A stretch of 62,462 nucleotides of DNA, the filler included, from Hausera hauseri (taxonomy: Eukaryota), in assembly GCA_046269625.1 (NCBI GenBank). It is 12 parts of 12 records of this genome, joined end to end, with 100 filler letters (N's around TTAATTAATTAA, not from the genome) between each part and the next. Parts side by side here need not be neighbours in the genome. Positions count along the whole stretch, not along the records: positions 1 to 4,567 come from JBJURY010524681.1; positions 4,668 to 8,639 come from JBJURY010847747.1; positions 8,740 to 15,300 come from JBJURY010086878.1; 9 more parts are not named here. The stretch is one strand, 5' to 3'. A program made the position numbers and the translations under genes. A model generated the notes under the pieces. The model worked only from the letters and a program-made list of their open reading frames with translations. It made no database searches and was not told the origin of the DNA. Below are positions 1 to 11,171 of the stretch, piece after piece (the stretch's first letter is position 1; the number at the start of each line of letters is the position of its first letter).

Positions 1-400
1 TCGTGATTAATCCAAAGAGCCCCATTTAAAGCAGGGTTACCTGGAGTTTGTACATCTGTCTGTAAATGTAAACAGACCACAGAGTAGGAAAGCTCTGTAG
101 AGGATCCCTTCACACTCTGTAAAGCTTGTCAGATAGTGTTAATTTGATAGAACCATTTTAGTTCAGTAGGACTTTAACAAAGCTGCTGACAAAAGGAAGC
201 TGGTTACTTCCTTCTAGTGCTCCTTTCCTAAATACTGGCTTATTTTCATCCCCCTTTCCAGGCACGCGGTCCAACTCCAACATACGTCAGACTGTACGTT
301 AGTAGTACTTGTGGAAATTGTCACAACAAGAAAAAAAGCTTTAATGAAGAAAATCTCAGTAATTTATATATGAATTAATAATTTCTTTTAATTAGTATCG

Positions 401-560
401 AAACATCCCCAATTACAAAATACACCTCCAAAAATCATTAAGCCATACCCTGAACAACATAAAATACACCCCCAGAATATCTAAAGCAAAACACCCTGAG
501 ATTTAAGAAAAGTAAAAACACCCTCAGATAAAATTAAATTAGTACCAAGAACACCCCCGG
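401..560. repeat. Cluster of about 7 short AAA(T)ACACCC-like motifs with variable spacers
   Basis: aaacatcccc (401), aaaatacacct (417), ccataccctga (443), aaaatacaccccc (461), aaaacaccctgaga (488), aaaaacaccctcaga (514), agaacacccccgg (548). Confidence 0.55.
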
Positions 561-1129
561 TTATACCAAAACTTCCTCATAAGTAAAATTGGTATAAAAG
601 CATATGTTTAGATTAGTTTAATAGCCCTCAAAAAATTTAAAGTTTAATTTGAGTTTGCTATTGGCCATCAAAATCCAAAGTTATTCTGATGATTGCCAAA
701 TTAGACAATTTGTATTTCTCTTCAAATAAGGTATAAAGACCTAATTTTCGTTATCAAAGTCAGCAAGGAAGTAATTCCTTTGAAGCCATACATCTCATTT
801 GTATCGTTTGCCAGTACAAAAGCTAATTTTCACTATGTACAATTCATTCAAATAAAGATTTCTGAAGGTTTTGAGTCCCTTCCAATATTTGGGAAAGGTA
901 ACATTTTAATATAATTGTGTGTTTATTCTCTTCGCAGCCGAATAGCACAGTAGGCTGCGCGAAACACCAAAAAATAAAATTAACTATTAAGTTTATCACA
1001 CTAAATACTGACTATAAATATAATGTTTGTGTCTTCAATCATTGCATAAATCGTAAGAAAACAATAGTTTTCACTACTTTACGCTTTTTCCGAAATACTT
1101 TGTATCAGCACTGTACTCAAGCTGAAGAC

Positions 1130-1243
1130 GACGAAAAGGCTGAATGTACTAACCTTAAGCAGTCCCTGGAAGAAAGGTTCTTAGTAGAACCATCAGAAAA
1201 GGTTGGACTGGAGAATTCAACAGGTGACGTCACAGAAAGGTGA
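1130..1243 (+). pseudogene. gag: Frameshifted 5' remnant of gag (capsid-like helix)
   Basis: NLKQSLEERF resembles the retrotransposon Gag 'LK..L..RF' helix. It lies in a different frame from the downstream QKGETVQEY motif. Confidence 0.55.
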
Positions 1244-4200
1244 AACCGTGCAGGAGTATGCATGCGCCCTTCAAAAACTGGCTCAGAGAGCCTACGCAGA
1301 TGATGATATAAGGGAAGACGCCCTCCTAGCTCAGTTCTGTTACGGAGTCAATAAGGAAATCCAAAATTACATTATTGTCGCTGATCCGGATACCTATAAA
1401 GAAGCTGTTAGTAAAGCTAGGAAAATCGAAGTGAATTATGAGAGACTTGAAAATGCAAAAAAGTCTTTTAAGAATGATGAAAAGAAACAGAAAAATTTTC
1501 AACAAAAGAAAAGCTTCTCAAAACCATTTCAGAAGCACCAGAATCAACCTGAGCAACAGACTCAGAAGAAAGTTACGTGGCAAAAGCCACTTCAAAATAA
1601 TTGGCAGAATCAACCTCAAAAGTCCGCAATGAGAAAACCCCCAATCAACCAAGACGGACAACCGTTGTGTTTCGCGTGCCAAAGATACGGACATATGGCT
1701 CGTACTTGCCCCAATCAAGGACAGTCAAGCCAGAAGAAAAAGAATGTTGATATAGTAGGCAATATATCAGATACAGATAACGAACATGAAACCACTGACA
1801 CAGAAACCGAAGAGACAATTGAAAAATTACAACAGAAGATTAGAGCAAAGCTAAAAGAAAGTAAAACCAATACAGTAGAAGAAGAAGACAAGATAGCTGA
1901 ATTAAAACAGCTGTATCTCGAATTAAAGGAGCAACAAATTTGCGAGAAAAGACAGAAAATGAATGACGAAAGTTCAATTATTGCCCCTGTTCGTAGACCC
2001 AAAAAGACTCCTTCATCAGAATCCGATACCGAAAAGAAAAGGGTTAAGAAAAAGGATAAACCCTTGATACAAGAGGAGGAACTGAAGACTCCTGAACTAA
2101 ACCTACCTTCTGGAAGTGAAAGTGGAAAAAGTGAATCAGGTGGAGAAGCTGAACCTAAAGAAAAGATAAAGAGAGTGAGGAAAAAGAAAACAAAGGAAAA
2201 ATCTCCAAGTTACGAGCCCTCATCTGTGGATTTAGACCAGGATGGTATAGAAATAGTTCGGAAGATATCCAACTATGCTAATCAAGAACTTATTGATGAT
2301 AATCGGTTTAGACAAGATTTGTCTATGTTACTTTCACCAACGATTAGTCATCAACAATTTATTAATTTATTGGACTTATTATTAACATATGCTGCTGGCA
2401 CAAGCCCATATCAGAATATTGTACGGTATATAATTTATCGGTACGCCAACAGAGTAAGGACCATAGGAGAAGATCCAGAAGTAATGGTCACTCTTCAACA
2501 ATATAACCAAGATTTCCAAATGTTTAGAATGAAATCATCAGATACGATAGCTATGTTAAAACATCGGATTAACGAAATAAAACAATCTCAAGGCGAATTA
2601 GAATTACGATTCTATGGGAGAACATTAATGGATTACGAAACCTTATATGAAGTAGGTATCTGGGAGAACAGATATAATCCAGTATCTATTACTTATAGAC
2701 AAACTGAACAAGAAGTAATAGACGAGATTATAACGGATGTTAGGCGAAAAGAAATACAAGAAGCTGAACATCAATATACGACTCAACAAGTAGAGGCTCC
2801 GCTGAATATGCCTATATCGGAACAAATGCAAACCGATAAGAGGAACCGTGGAAGACCAAAAGGAACCACGAAACTCTATCAGTTAAAAGGCAGAAAGGCC
2901 AGGGATGATGAAGTGGTCCGAAGACTGTTGACAACAGAAGATGAATACGATGTAGACAATGTATCGCTAACTACATTATTACAAACACTATTAGCACGAA
3001 TACATAATGCTTTTGTTGAATTCAATACAAATTTACAAATACCAGACTCATTAATGCAGAATATTAGGAATGAAATTGCAAAGATCAGTGAACAGTTCGC
3101 AGATATTCCTACGGACGAAAGAATAAATGAAATACAAGAGAGAGACATTCTTTCAAGAATGATGGGAAGTGGAATATCCCGAAATAAAATCATAACAGCT
3201 ATGTCCTATCTTTTGTATAAGATAATGGTAATGAATGGTATAAATCCAAACCAAGAGGAAATTGAAAGAAACATAGAAATTGCTACAAGAGCACTAAAAG
3301 CCAATGTAGAAGGATGGGTAAAATGTAGAGGTGGATGGATTACTAGTCTAGTTCATACAACAGTTCATGAATCAGCACCGACTACGCAAGAACGAGTAGA
3401 ATATCCTCCGCCTCAACAAACTGAGAGACAACGAAATCAACAACCAGATCTTGATTTATCATGGTTAACTAAAGTTATACCCATACTTCTTCTATTTAGT
3501 CTGATTCCAAAAGCACTCTCAATTATTGCTTATGACTGCAGTCAAGCCAAGGAAGGCCCAATATATTCTTTATTGGATTTAGAAAAATGTCCATTCGCCA
3601 ATCCAGCATCATTAACTACGGTATCCGAAAAAGACTATCACGTGTATCAGGAATCGGAATTTGCGAAAACTAAGGTGAAGGAATGCTTTGTTCGAAAAAA
3701 TCATTTTCACTTTATTTGCGGATATTGGTACCGAAATTCAGCTGTAGTAGAACCAACCACCCCATTTGAACCACTTTCGATAAGTAAGCGAATGTGCATA
3801 GAAGCCTTCGTAACGAAACAAATAACCATTGGAAATATTCGACTCAAAGCTCAAAAAGGAAAAATCATAAACAAGAGAATCTTTATGGCAGGAACTATCG
3901 ACAAAACAGGCTACTGTAAAGGCGAATCGTACAACATTAATGGTGAAATTCTCGATAATGTTGTAGCTATCGAGGATTACCAAGTCGAGCTAAGGGAATA
4001 TGATGCTCTTTTTGAGTTATCGTCTGGAAAAATGATGATATTTCCAGAATGTGATTATTACAATAAAGAATGCGAAACTGGTGAATCAATTATGTCATAC
4101 GAAGTCGACAAGGATCAATGTCAACTAGCCCTGTTACGAAGCGGGAAGTTTAATGAGACAAAAGGGAAAATGTACAAGGAAGAGATATCGAAGAGTCGAT

Positions 4201-4567
4201 TAGATCGAGCATCAGATACTATCGAGACACCAACTATAGTGTACTCAGCAGACCCCAGCGAAGGAATGAGATTTAAAATAGAAGGCGAGACAAAAAAATG
4301 TAATGAAGTAGTCTATAGAACGAATTACAAAGGCATATTCTTGTCACCAAATAAAATAAAGGAAGCAAAAAGAAATATACATAAATCGGAGGTGAAACCT
4401 CACTTGTATTTCGATAATAAAATTGATTTTATCTACCATTTCCAACAGGAGAATATTTACGCGATGTATCGAGAAATAATATTAAACGACTGCAAATTAA
4501 ATAGAGAAATAATTAGAAATCGGATATACTTATCAGCAATAACGGATGGTATAATGAAAGACCCAGC
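1203..4567 (+). CDS. gag-env: LTR-retroelement polyprotein: Gag capsid C-term + CCHC zinc knuckle + ubiquitin-like domain + AT-hook + internal signal peptide + chuvirus/gB-like (class III) envelope glycoprotein. Runs off the contig end.
   Basis: More than 1100 codons without a stop. Motifs in order: QKGETVQEYACALQKLAQRAY..LLAQFCYGV (Gag); CFACQRYGHMARTC; SSDTIAMLKHRI..LRFYGRTLMDYETLYEVGI; RGRPK; VIPILLLFSLIPKALS|IIAYDC..YSLLDLEKC. No protease DTG, RT YxDD or integrase motif. Confidence 0.85.
1668..1709 (+). other. CCHC zinc knuckle (nucleocapsid)
   Basis: C-x2-C-x4-H-x4-C: CFACQRYGHMARTC. Confidence 0.95.
2481..2699 (+). other. Internal ubiquitin-like (beta-grasp) domain, no C-terminal GG
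   Basis: SDTIAMLKHRINE matches ubiquitin SDTIENVKAKIQD; LRFYGRTLMDYETLYEVGI matches LIFAGKQLEDGRTLSDYNI. About 73 aa. Confidence 0.8.
3462..4567 (+). other. env: Signal-peptide-like hydrophobic segment followed by the ectodomain of a chuvirus-like/gB-like fusion glycoprotein
   Basis: Hydrophobic WLTKVIPILLLFSLIPKALS, then AYDC-x-SLLD-x-C, YQ, EC..CG and a regular Cys pattern typical of this glycoprotein family. Confidence 0.8.
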
Positions 4568-4667
4568 NNNNNNNNNNNNNNNNNNNNNNNNNNNNNNNNN
4601 NNNNNNNNNNNTTAATTAATTAANNNNNNNNNNNNNNNNNNNNNNNNNNNNNNNNNNNNNNNNNNNN
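4568..4667. other. Artificial contig spacer 1 of 11
   Basis: 44 N + TTAATTAATTAA (stops in all six frames) + 44 N. Confidence 0.99.
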
Positions 4668-4720
4668 AAATAACAAAAGAAAGCACGATCTCTTTAGACA
4701 CAACATTACCCCCCCCCCTT
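4668..4720 (-). promoter_or_regulatory. Polypurine tract (4706-4720) and start of 3' LTR (TG at 4705)
   Basis: Minus strand reads AA-G run-TAA|TGTTGTGTC downstream of integrase. Confidence 0.8.
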
Positions 4721-4959
4721 GACAGAGTATGGATTATACAGATAAGATGAAATGCGGACTGAAAATTACGAAGTAGATGGTTTCTATTTGATTATTTAGT
4801 TTTGGTATGGACCACACGTTGGATACCTTCATTATTTTTTTCTTTACTATACTTACTGAAAGTAACAGTTTTGTGCAATCTCTTTGCTTTTGTCTCAAAT
4901 TGCTGAAATTCTTTGGAAGGAAAGATATTACAATATATCGCCTTAAATGTTGTGTCTTT

Positions 4960-6234
4960 TTAAAACAAACTCGGAGAAGGAAAAGTAGTTGTTGGTAAGA
5001 AGGCGGGAGGAGAAAATGGAGGAGTGGTAGGAGTATGAATGGGAGGTGGAGTGGATGTGTGAACAGAAACAGGAACCGGAGAAAATGTAGTAGGAGTAGA
5101 GTTAGAAAAAGAAACAGAATGAAATGTAGGATTCAGAAAATTTGTCCAAGTTTCAGTTGGAGAGGTGTCATTCACAAAAAAGGCAGGTTTCACATTATTT
5201 ATATGGACTGCTAATTCCTTTCCGGCCTTAAGAATTATCGCGTTGTGGGAGTGCAATTGAATTAGCTTATAGGGTCCTAGATACTGCGGTTGAAACCCAC
5301 AAGGTGTTTGATTACGTAACCAAACGAACTTTTCAGAATACAAATTGTTGGGCAAATACGTTTTATTGTTGTGTAGTATTCTACAGAACGAGTCTTTACT
5401 GACTTCAATGAAATGGTCCTGTGCTGCTTTGATCTTATCATCTGTAGGCGTATTATCTAGTGCGGCTAACTCGAACAAGGAGCGAACAGGTGTTCCAAAT
5501 AGTGCTTTGGTAGTTGAGCATCCTGTGGAAGTGGATGGCGTGTTCCACCAACCGAGCAGAACCAAAGGAAGAAGAGCAGTCCAACTACTGTTGGATTCAG
5601 CGAGAATTTTTAGCGACGTTTTCAGGGTTCTGTGGAATCTTTCAATAAGGCCATTAGATTGGGGATGATAAGGTGTAGTGTGTATGTGACGGATTCCCAA
5701 TCTATTGACGAGTGATTTGAATAGGTTGGACTCGAATTGGGGGCTTTGGTCCGAAATGATAAATCTAGGAGATCCGAACCTGCTGATCCAAGCGCGGATG
5801 AAAACTTCGGCTATAGTATCCGTGTTAGTGCTTCGTAGAGGGACAGCTTCTGGCCAACGTGAGGCGCGATCCATCATGGTCAAAATGAATTGATGACCGT
5901 TGTCAAGAGGGAGAGGACCGACGATATCTATATGTACAGACTCGAAGCGTGATGTGCAAGGGAAATGATATAGTGGTGGCTTTAGATGTTTTGTGATTTT
6001 AAATTTCTGGCAAGCCACGCACTCCTTAACCCATGCTTGCACATCGGAGCGCATGGTTGGCCAAACTACTTGCCATTGAAGTAGACGAAAGGTTGCTTTA
6101 GCACAAGGATGATGTAACAAATGTACATTATGAAATGCCTGTTTGTGTAAAGATGGAGCAAGGATTATCTTGGACTGCCCTGGTTTAGAGGTATCTAAGG
6201 TCACGCCATCGACTATCTGATGAGATCTAAACAA
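4960..6234 (-). CDS. pol: Gypsy integrase (HHCC + DDE core + GPY/F) with S/P/T-rich tail
   Basis: HLLHHP..CVACQK; VHIDIVGPLP; MDRASRWPEAVP; SDQSPQFES; YHPQSNGLIERFHRTLK; YLGPYK. Confidence 0.95.
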   Translation of the reverse strand: MFRSHQIVDGVTLDTSKPGQSKIILAPSLHKQAFHNVHLLHHPCAKATFRLLQWQVVWPTMRSDVQAWVKECVACQKFKITKHLKPPLYHFPCTSRFESVHIDIVGPLPLDNGHQFILTMMDRASRWPEAVPLRSTNTDTIAEVFIRAWISRFGSPRFIISDQSPQFESNLFKSLVNRLGIRHIHTTPYHPQSNGLIERFHRTLKTSLKILAESNSSWTALLPLVLLGWWNTPSTSTGCSTTKALFGTPVRSLFELAALDNTPTDDKIKAAQDHFIEVSKDSFCRILHNNKTYLPNNLYSEKFVWLRNQTPCGFQPQYLGPYKLIQLHSHNAIILKAGKELAVHINNVKPAFFVNDTSPTETWTNFLNPTFHSVSFSNSTPTTFSPVPVSVHTSTPPPIHTPTTPPFSPPAFLPTTTFPSPSLF

Positions 6235-6239
6235 TTTGA

Positions 6240-6870
6240 AAATATCTTGCGATGGATGATTTTCCTGCAGTTTTGCATGGGTGAAAATTGGCGAAAAGTT
6301 GATCGAACCGACAGATCTGGATAAGAAATTATCAACTAGGTTGTCTACACCCTCGATATGTTTGATGTCAAAGTTAAAAGTTGATAAATATGAAATTTAC
6401 CGTTCTTGTCGAGTGGAAGGATGTTTCATTGTCATTATATTAATCAACGGTTTGTGATCATTCTGTATAACAAAATGGCGTGCCGTAAGTAAATGCAAAA
6501 AATGTCTTAAAGCGAGGACTATTGCCAACAGTTTCGGATCAAAAGTTGAATATCTAGTTTCTGGTGGAGTTAATTTTCTAGAAAAGAATTCTAGAGTCTG
6601 ATTTTCGCCTTTGTATAGCTGGTGTAGTACAGCCCCTATTATGATGTTTGATGCATCTGTAGTTAAAATTAACTCAGCGTCAGGTTTAGGGAATGTAAGT
6701 ATTTCCACAGTCTTTAATCCTTTACGTAACCTGTCAAAATCATTAACTAATTGTGGCGTCCACATAATTTTCTGATGTTTCTTTCCTCCACTTAAGTGAG
6801 GAAAAGTTGCTATGAGTTCCGAACAATACGGGATATACTTGTGGACAAAATTTAAAGTACCAAGGAAACT
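6240..6870 (-). pseudogene. pol: Gypsy RT thumb + RNase H, disrupted
   Basis: SFLGTLNFVHKYIP; LTTDASNIIIGAVLHQ; FFSRKLTPPETRYSTFD; NDHKPL; premature stop at 6397. Confidence 0.92.
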
Positions 6871-8060
6871 ATTCAGTTTTATATGAATGTTCTTTGCAAC
6901 TTTGCTGATAATGTTTATGCAGTAAATACCCGGTTTCTTGGTTAATTGAATGTCGTATGTATTTTGTGAAAATTTTGGTACTTCATCTGAATCGATAACC
7001 AGAAGAAAATAAGTATAATTTTTGGATTCAAGAACTGGTTGGATGTGCCCTTTCCTCTGAATTAAAATGATTTGTAGGCCCAATTAGCAGGATATTTTCA
7101 TAGAATCCCATTAAGGCCTTAACAAATTCCATTTCATCCGTATTCCACTGAGACCAATAAAATGGGTAAATTGATTTACTCATTATAAATCGCACAAACA
7201 TTAAAATATCATCTGGAACACCATAATACGTATATTTATTTTTTGATACTCGAGGAAACAAAATTTTTATCGTCGGATACCTAATTACGTTTTCGTCATT
7301 GCATTCATCATTGTATTGGTTGCAATCCAGTCTGATCAACTGAATATCACAAAGATCAACATTCATTAGACTTTTGAAATTAGAATCTGAATTTGAGTTT
7401 AGAAATTCTTCGAAAATTGCTAAGCCACGAAGGGATGCAATACTCCATGATTGATAATAAAATTTGATGATGCTATCATTTTGATATTTATAATACTCTT
7501 CAGTCTCCTTAGAATCTTTGGCCAAGTAGTACATTTGATGAAATGAATATTTTGCAAAACCATGACAATCACCAGCAATACCAAAACAGTTAACTGTGAA
7601 AGACAAGTCACTCCGTTTTCCATCACACCTGTGGATACTATTTAATTGATGTAATAAGTCAACTGTAATTTTTCGTTTCAAGGAAAATTCCTTCAAAGAA
7701 TCCACATTCTCGGATATCACAACACAACTCTGTTTATGACTAGAACACAAAAGTATTGAATGATTGTCCGAAAGACTTTCGTAATTATCCATCCAATCTT
7801 TGTAAACTCTTACGAAATCAGTTTTAAACAACTTAACAGCAATTCTAAATGGATCAACCAAACGGAGTTCGTTCAAAAATTTGTCTGTGAGCTTCCGAAG
7901 AGTTGTTATTGTTATTTTTGGGGAATAGTATAACCAGAGATTCACAGAAATAAATAATATATTTGTAGACAATTCTCTGCTTCGTTTCATCAGCAATATG
8001 TCTCATGTCCAGCAGCTGAAAAATAATATTTATTAACCAGATCTTTTGACGAAATATCAA
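6871..8060 (-). pseudogene. Thioredoxin-fold/PDI-family host gene fragment, TXNDC16(ERp90)-like, frameshifted
   Basis: DSIIKFYYQSWSIAS..LIRLDCNQYNDECNDENVIRYPTIKIL..TYYG..FVRFI..IYP resembles the non-CxxC thioredoxin domain of TXNDC16. Main ORF is 7028-7996; it continues in another frame down to 6871. Confidence 0.6.
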
Positions 8061-8221
8061 TGTTCATTTTGAAAAATTGGATGACAATTTTATATCGAAA
8101 GCCACATGAAATTAACAAACGGTGAATAGAAAATCAAAGTCGGTCTTATTGATGACGTCTACAAACGCTTAACTTTCCATTTTAGTGAAACAATTTCGCA
8201 ATCTAGTGACAATACAATATA

Positions 8222-8639
8222 TTAGAGGTACCCATATATAATGTCGTTTTTTATAAGAAACAATTTTTGAAACGATCTAACTTTAATAAATAATATAATT
8301 ACCGTAATTATCGACGATCTTCATCCACGTTTCTCTCAAACTTTGAATGCCCTTCTTGAAGAAAAACGGTGGTTTTGATTTAAAATATTCTTCGACTGCA
8401 TTTTCTATGGCTGTTAAATTCGTAAAATTATTTCCATGAAGAAAGTGTCCCATTGACCTGAAAAGATGATAATCCGATGTAGCAACATCAAGAGAGTAGG
8501 GTTAGGGTACGGCAGTACTTCCTAACCTAACTGCTTGATTTTTTCTTGGGCGATTTTAGCACCGTGCGGGCTTGCATTATCATGTTGCAGAATGACATCA
8601 TTTCGATTTACCAATTTTTGTCGTTTTTGATAGTATTTA
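8222..8639 (-). mobile_element. Mariner transposon 3' end: decayed transposase (8283-8639) and TIR (about 8222-8251)
   Basis: VILQHDNASPH..LG*EVLPYP/YSLDVATSDYHLFRSM..FFKKGIQSLRETWMKIVDNYGNYI*; TA + TTAGAGGTACCCATATATAATGTCGTTTTT terminal sequence. Confidence 0.9.
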
Positions 8640-8739
8640 NNNNNNNNNNNNNNNNNNNNNNNNNNNNNNNNNNNNNNNNNNNNTTAATTAATTAANNNNN
8701 NNNNNNNNNNNNNNNNNNNNNNNNNNNNNNNNNNNNNNN
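8640..8739. other. Artificial contig spacer
   Basis: Same 100-bp N/TTAATTAATTAA/N linker. Confidence 0.99.
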
Positions 8740-8935
8740 TGAGACATTCTCTATTTCTTCATTGTCTATGGTGATTTTGGGTTGGCGACTAGTTTTATCA
8801 GTTGACATTATTTTTGATTTCTTTGTGTTCAAGAAAAAGTTCTGTTCTTCGCTGTGATTTTTAACTGCCAGAATCAGTTGCTCTTGACCTTCATGACTAT
8901 TTGGAAGTAGGACTGTATCATCTGCGTATCTGCTT
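8740..8935 (-). pseudogene. RTE-clade LINE reverse transcriptase fragment
   Basis: RYADDTVLL..V..HSEEQNFFLNTKKIK/IM..ITIDNEEIENVS. Confidence 0.8.
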
Positions 8936-9489
8936 TCTGGTAGAGTGTTACCACCGATTGTGAAATGATCATAGTTTGTACCTCCGCTACCTTGCGGGAA
9001 AACCTATATTCAGGAAAGACTTCGGGAGTGAACCCTAAGGAAAAATCCAGAGGGAGGGACCCTAAGGCAGTTGATAGATATGGATGTCCCAACCTATTTT
9101 CTGACATCCCCTGCAGTTCTGTCTGATTCCCAGATGTACCGACTGTGGCTTTCCCCGGGTCAAATCAGTGGAGATGAGAGGGGGGTTGTGCAAGAGGGGA
9201 GGCGTGGCACTTCCTCCATATTATTAGCCCAGGCAAGCAGAAAATGTGTGAATGGAGAGGCAACTCCATCCTTGCTGTACAGAAAGGATAACATCAGGCG
9301 ATGCAGCAGTAAGGAAATAACTCAGAAAGTGACAGTCCTTCCAAACTGGCAAAGGGGAAGCGCCACGATCGCTTCTGACTGTGGGAGCGGCTTTTTAGCT
9401 GTACTGCTCATCTACTGTGGTAGCTTAGGGGCTCAGTGGTCTCAGTTACGACGTCCGCTGCCAGGTTTTATAAACCCACTCCACCAAAG

Positions 9490-9805
9490 GAGGTATAGAA
9501 GATCATGGTTACTAATAGACAGTACGATGACGATCCGCCGCCCAGATATTATAGGCTGGTCCCTCATGTCGCTCAGAATTAGAAGAAGCAATATGCTCCC
9601 CCACTTCCTAAAGTCTCATATGTCAGTTCTCAAAGGTGTCGGAAGGTCTTGGTCACCGACAGACAACAATGATAATCCGCCACATCGATGCTATAGGTCG
9701 ACCCTCTTGTCCTTCAGATTTAGAAGAAGCAATACGCTCCACAGCTCACCCTCCTATAGTCTTAATATTATCTCAGTTCTCAAACATGTCGGAAGGTCTT
9801 AGTTC
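9490..9805. repeat. Degenerate direct repeat, unit about 143 bp, about 2.2 copies
   Basis: Recurring gat(g/a)a.atccgcc..ctatagg..tcaga.ttagaagaagcaata.gctcc..tcagttctcaaa..tgtcggaaggtctt. Confidence 0.85.
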
Positions 9806-9857
9806 AACTAAGCCTATACATGGAACAGCTTGACACTACAGTTACCCTGGTAACTCT

Positions 9858-9942
<85 letters not shown>
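9858..9942. repeat. C-run plus (CT)n microsatellite
   Basis: Perfect CT dinucleotide run. Confidence 0.98.
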
Positions 9943-9946
<4 letters not shown>

Positions 9947-10637
9947 TTCTCTACCATATAACTTAAATTAGGAGAAGGGTTATCTCTGTTTATTATTTCT
10001 TTCTCCTCAGCATCACCTCTGCCGGAAATGAGTAACTAGCAATCTCTCTATGATGCAGTCACACTCTTCACCGATGATAATTTTTATTAAGCAAGCAAAC
10101 CTGTGACAAACTAGCAACAACTACGCAACTGTAAACATCGTTTTAACTGTGACAATGTTGGTTGTCTGAAAATTACAGATATATCACAGCTTGTGGCACA
10201 GACTCCAGACTGCATGTTGATGCGTATAATTAAAACTACATATATTAAATACTGATTGACATGCCACAACAATGAGCATGTGTGCTGACCCCTGCTCACC
10301 TTTAGGTGAACTCAGGTTTCAGTGACTCATAGTCATTTGCCGCATGACAGGGAGAGTTGACTGACAGGTGATAAGACTGCTTAATGACCAAAGGCTAAAA
10401 ATCATTAGTTCTCATCGAGAAGTTGAGAGCACGTGTTGTTGCCCTATGAATCGGCACAAGACGCACTGGACGAAGACTGCTTTGACGGTTTTCAAACCGG
10501 GACACGTGATGATTATGACCAAAGACAGTACTGTCTTAATACCAAATCTCCATGATCCAGGTCACGGAAAGTCCTTAACCCATACAATAAATACCTTGCC
10601 GCTGACTAAACTAAAAGACATAATGTAAAGTGCATAC

Positions 10638-11171
10638 CTGTATGCCCAGCTTCTTCTCCACGGCCAGAGCACCACACAGGTAACCTGCCCTGCCCACAAA
10701 CAGTTCATCGCAGCCTTTTGGCATAAATTTGGTCTTACAGCATTCAGGCGCAAGAGATTGATAGCGTTTGATGTTGTCATCTAAAAGTGTTTCATCTTTC
10801 AACGCGTGCCCTAAAAACATGCCAACTACGTACAAACCACACGGTCCAAGAATGAATGACACCTCTTCTGCTTTAGAACGTGGGTTCTTCTGTAGAATTC
10901 TCATATCACGATCGTACAAATCTTTAGCCAGTCTCAAGTACTCCCGCTTGTGTTCAGAGAATGGCTCGTATAGTGAAGCCCGATACAGCATGTAGGCAAC
11001 GCCAGCAGAGCCGGTATAAAGGCATCGTTCAAAAGGAACGGAATATGCAGCGTCGATAACAGTCTTGATCAGAGCGAGAATACGCATATGCCACATGTCC
11101 TTGTCTATAACAACTTCATCACCAGGAGTGTAGTCCGGGAGGGTATTGACAAAGTACCTTAGTCTCGGCAT
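10638..11171 (-). CDS. LANCL3: LanC-like protein 3, first coding exon
   Basis: RYFVN..DY; LYTGSAGVAYMLY; SFILGPCGLY; GCDELFVGRAGYLCGAL. Ends at splice donor CAG|GTATGC (10638/10637), matching the KQKLAQE|V boundary as I recall it for vertebrate LANCL3. Confidence 0.9.

Larger units (their letters stand above)
4668..6870 (-). mobile_element. 3' half of a Ty3/gypsy LTR retrotransposon (CsRn1-like family copy 1)
   Basis: RT thumb, RNase H, integrase, polypurine tract and start of the 3' LTR, in gypsy order. Confidence 0.95.

Noticed and set aside
401-560. Mini-CRISPR array
   Set aside because: The repeats are only about 10 bp and degenerate, and the context is eukaryotic
1715-3193. Antisense ORFs within gag-env, and similar shadow ORFs opposite integrase and polB genes
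   Set aside because: Reverse-frame shadows of biased coding sequence
9071-9802. 243-aa plus-strand ORF as a gene
   Set aside because: It runs through a degenerate direct repeat, has a non-ATG start and shows no recognisable domain
10611-11171. LanC cyclase as part of a bacterial lanthipeptide cluster
   Set aside because: It is the eukaryotic LANCL3 first exon ending at a GT donor; there is no LanB, precursor peptide or transporter nearby
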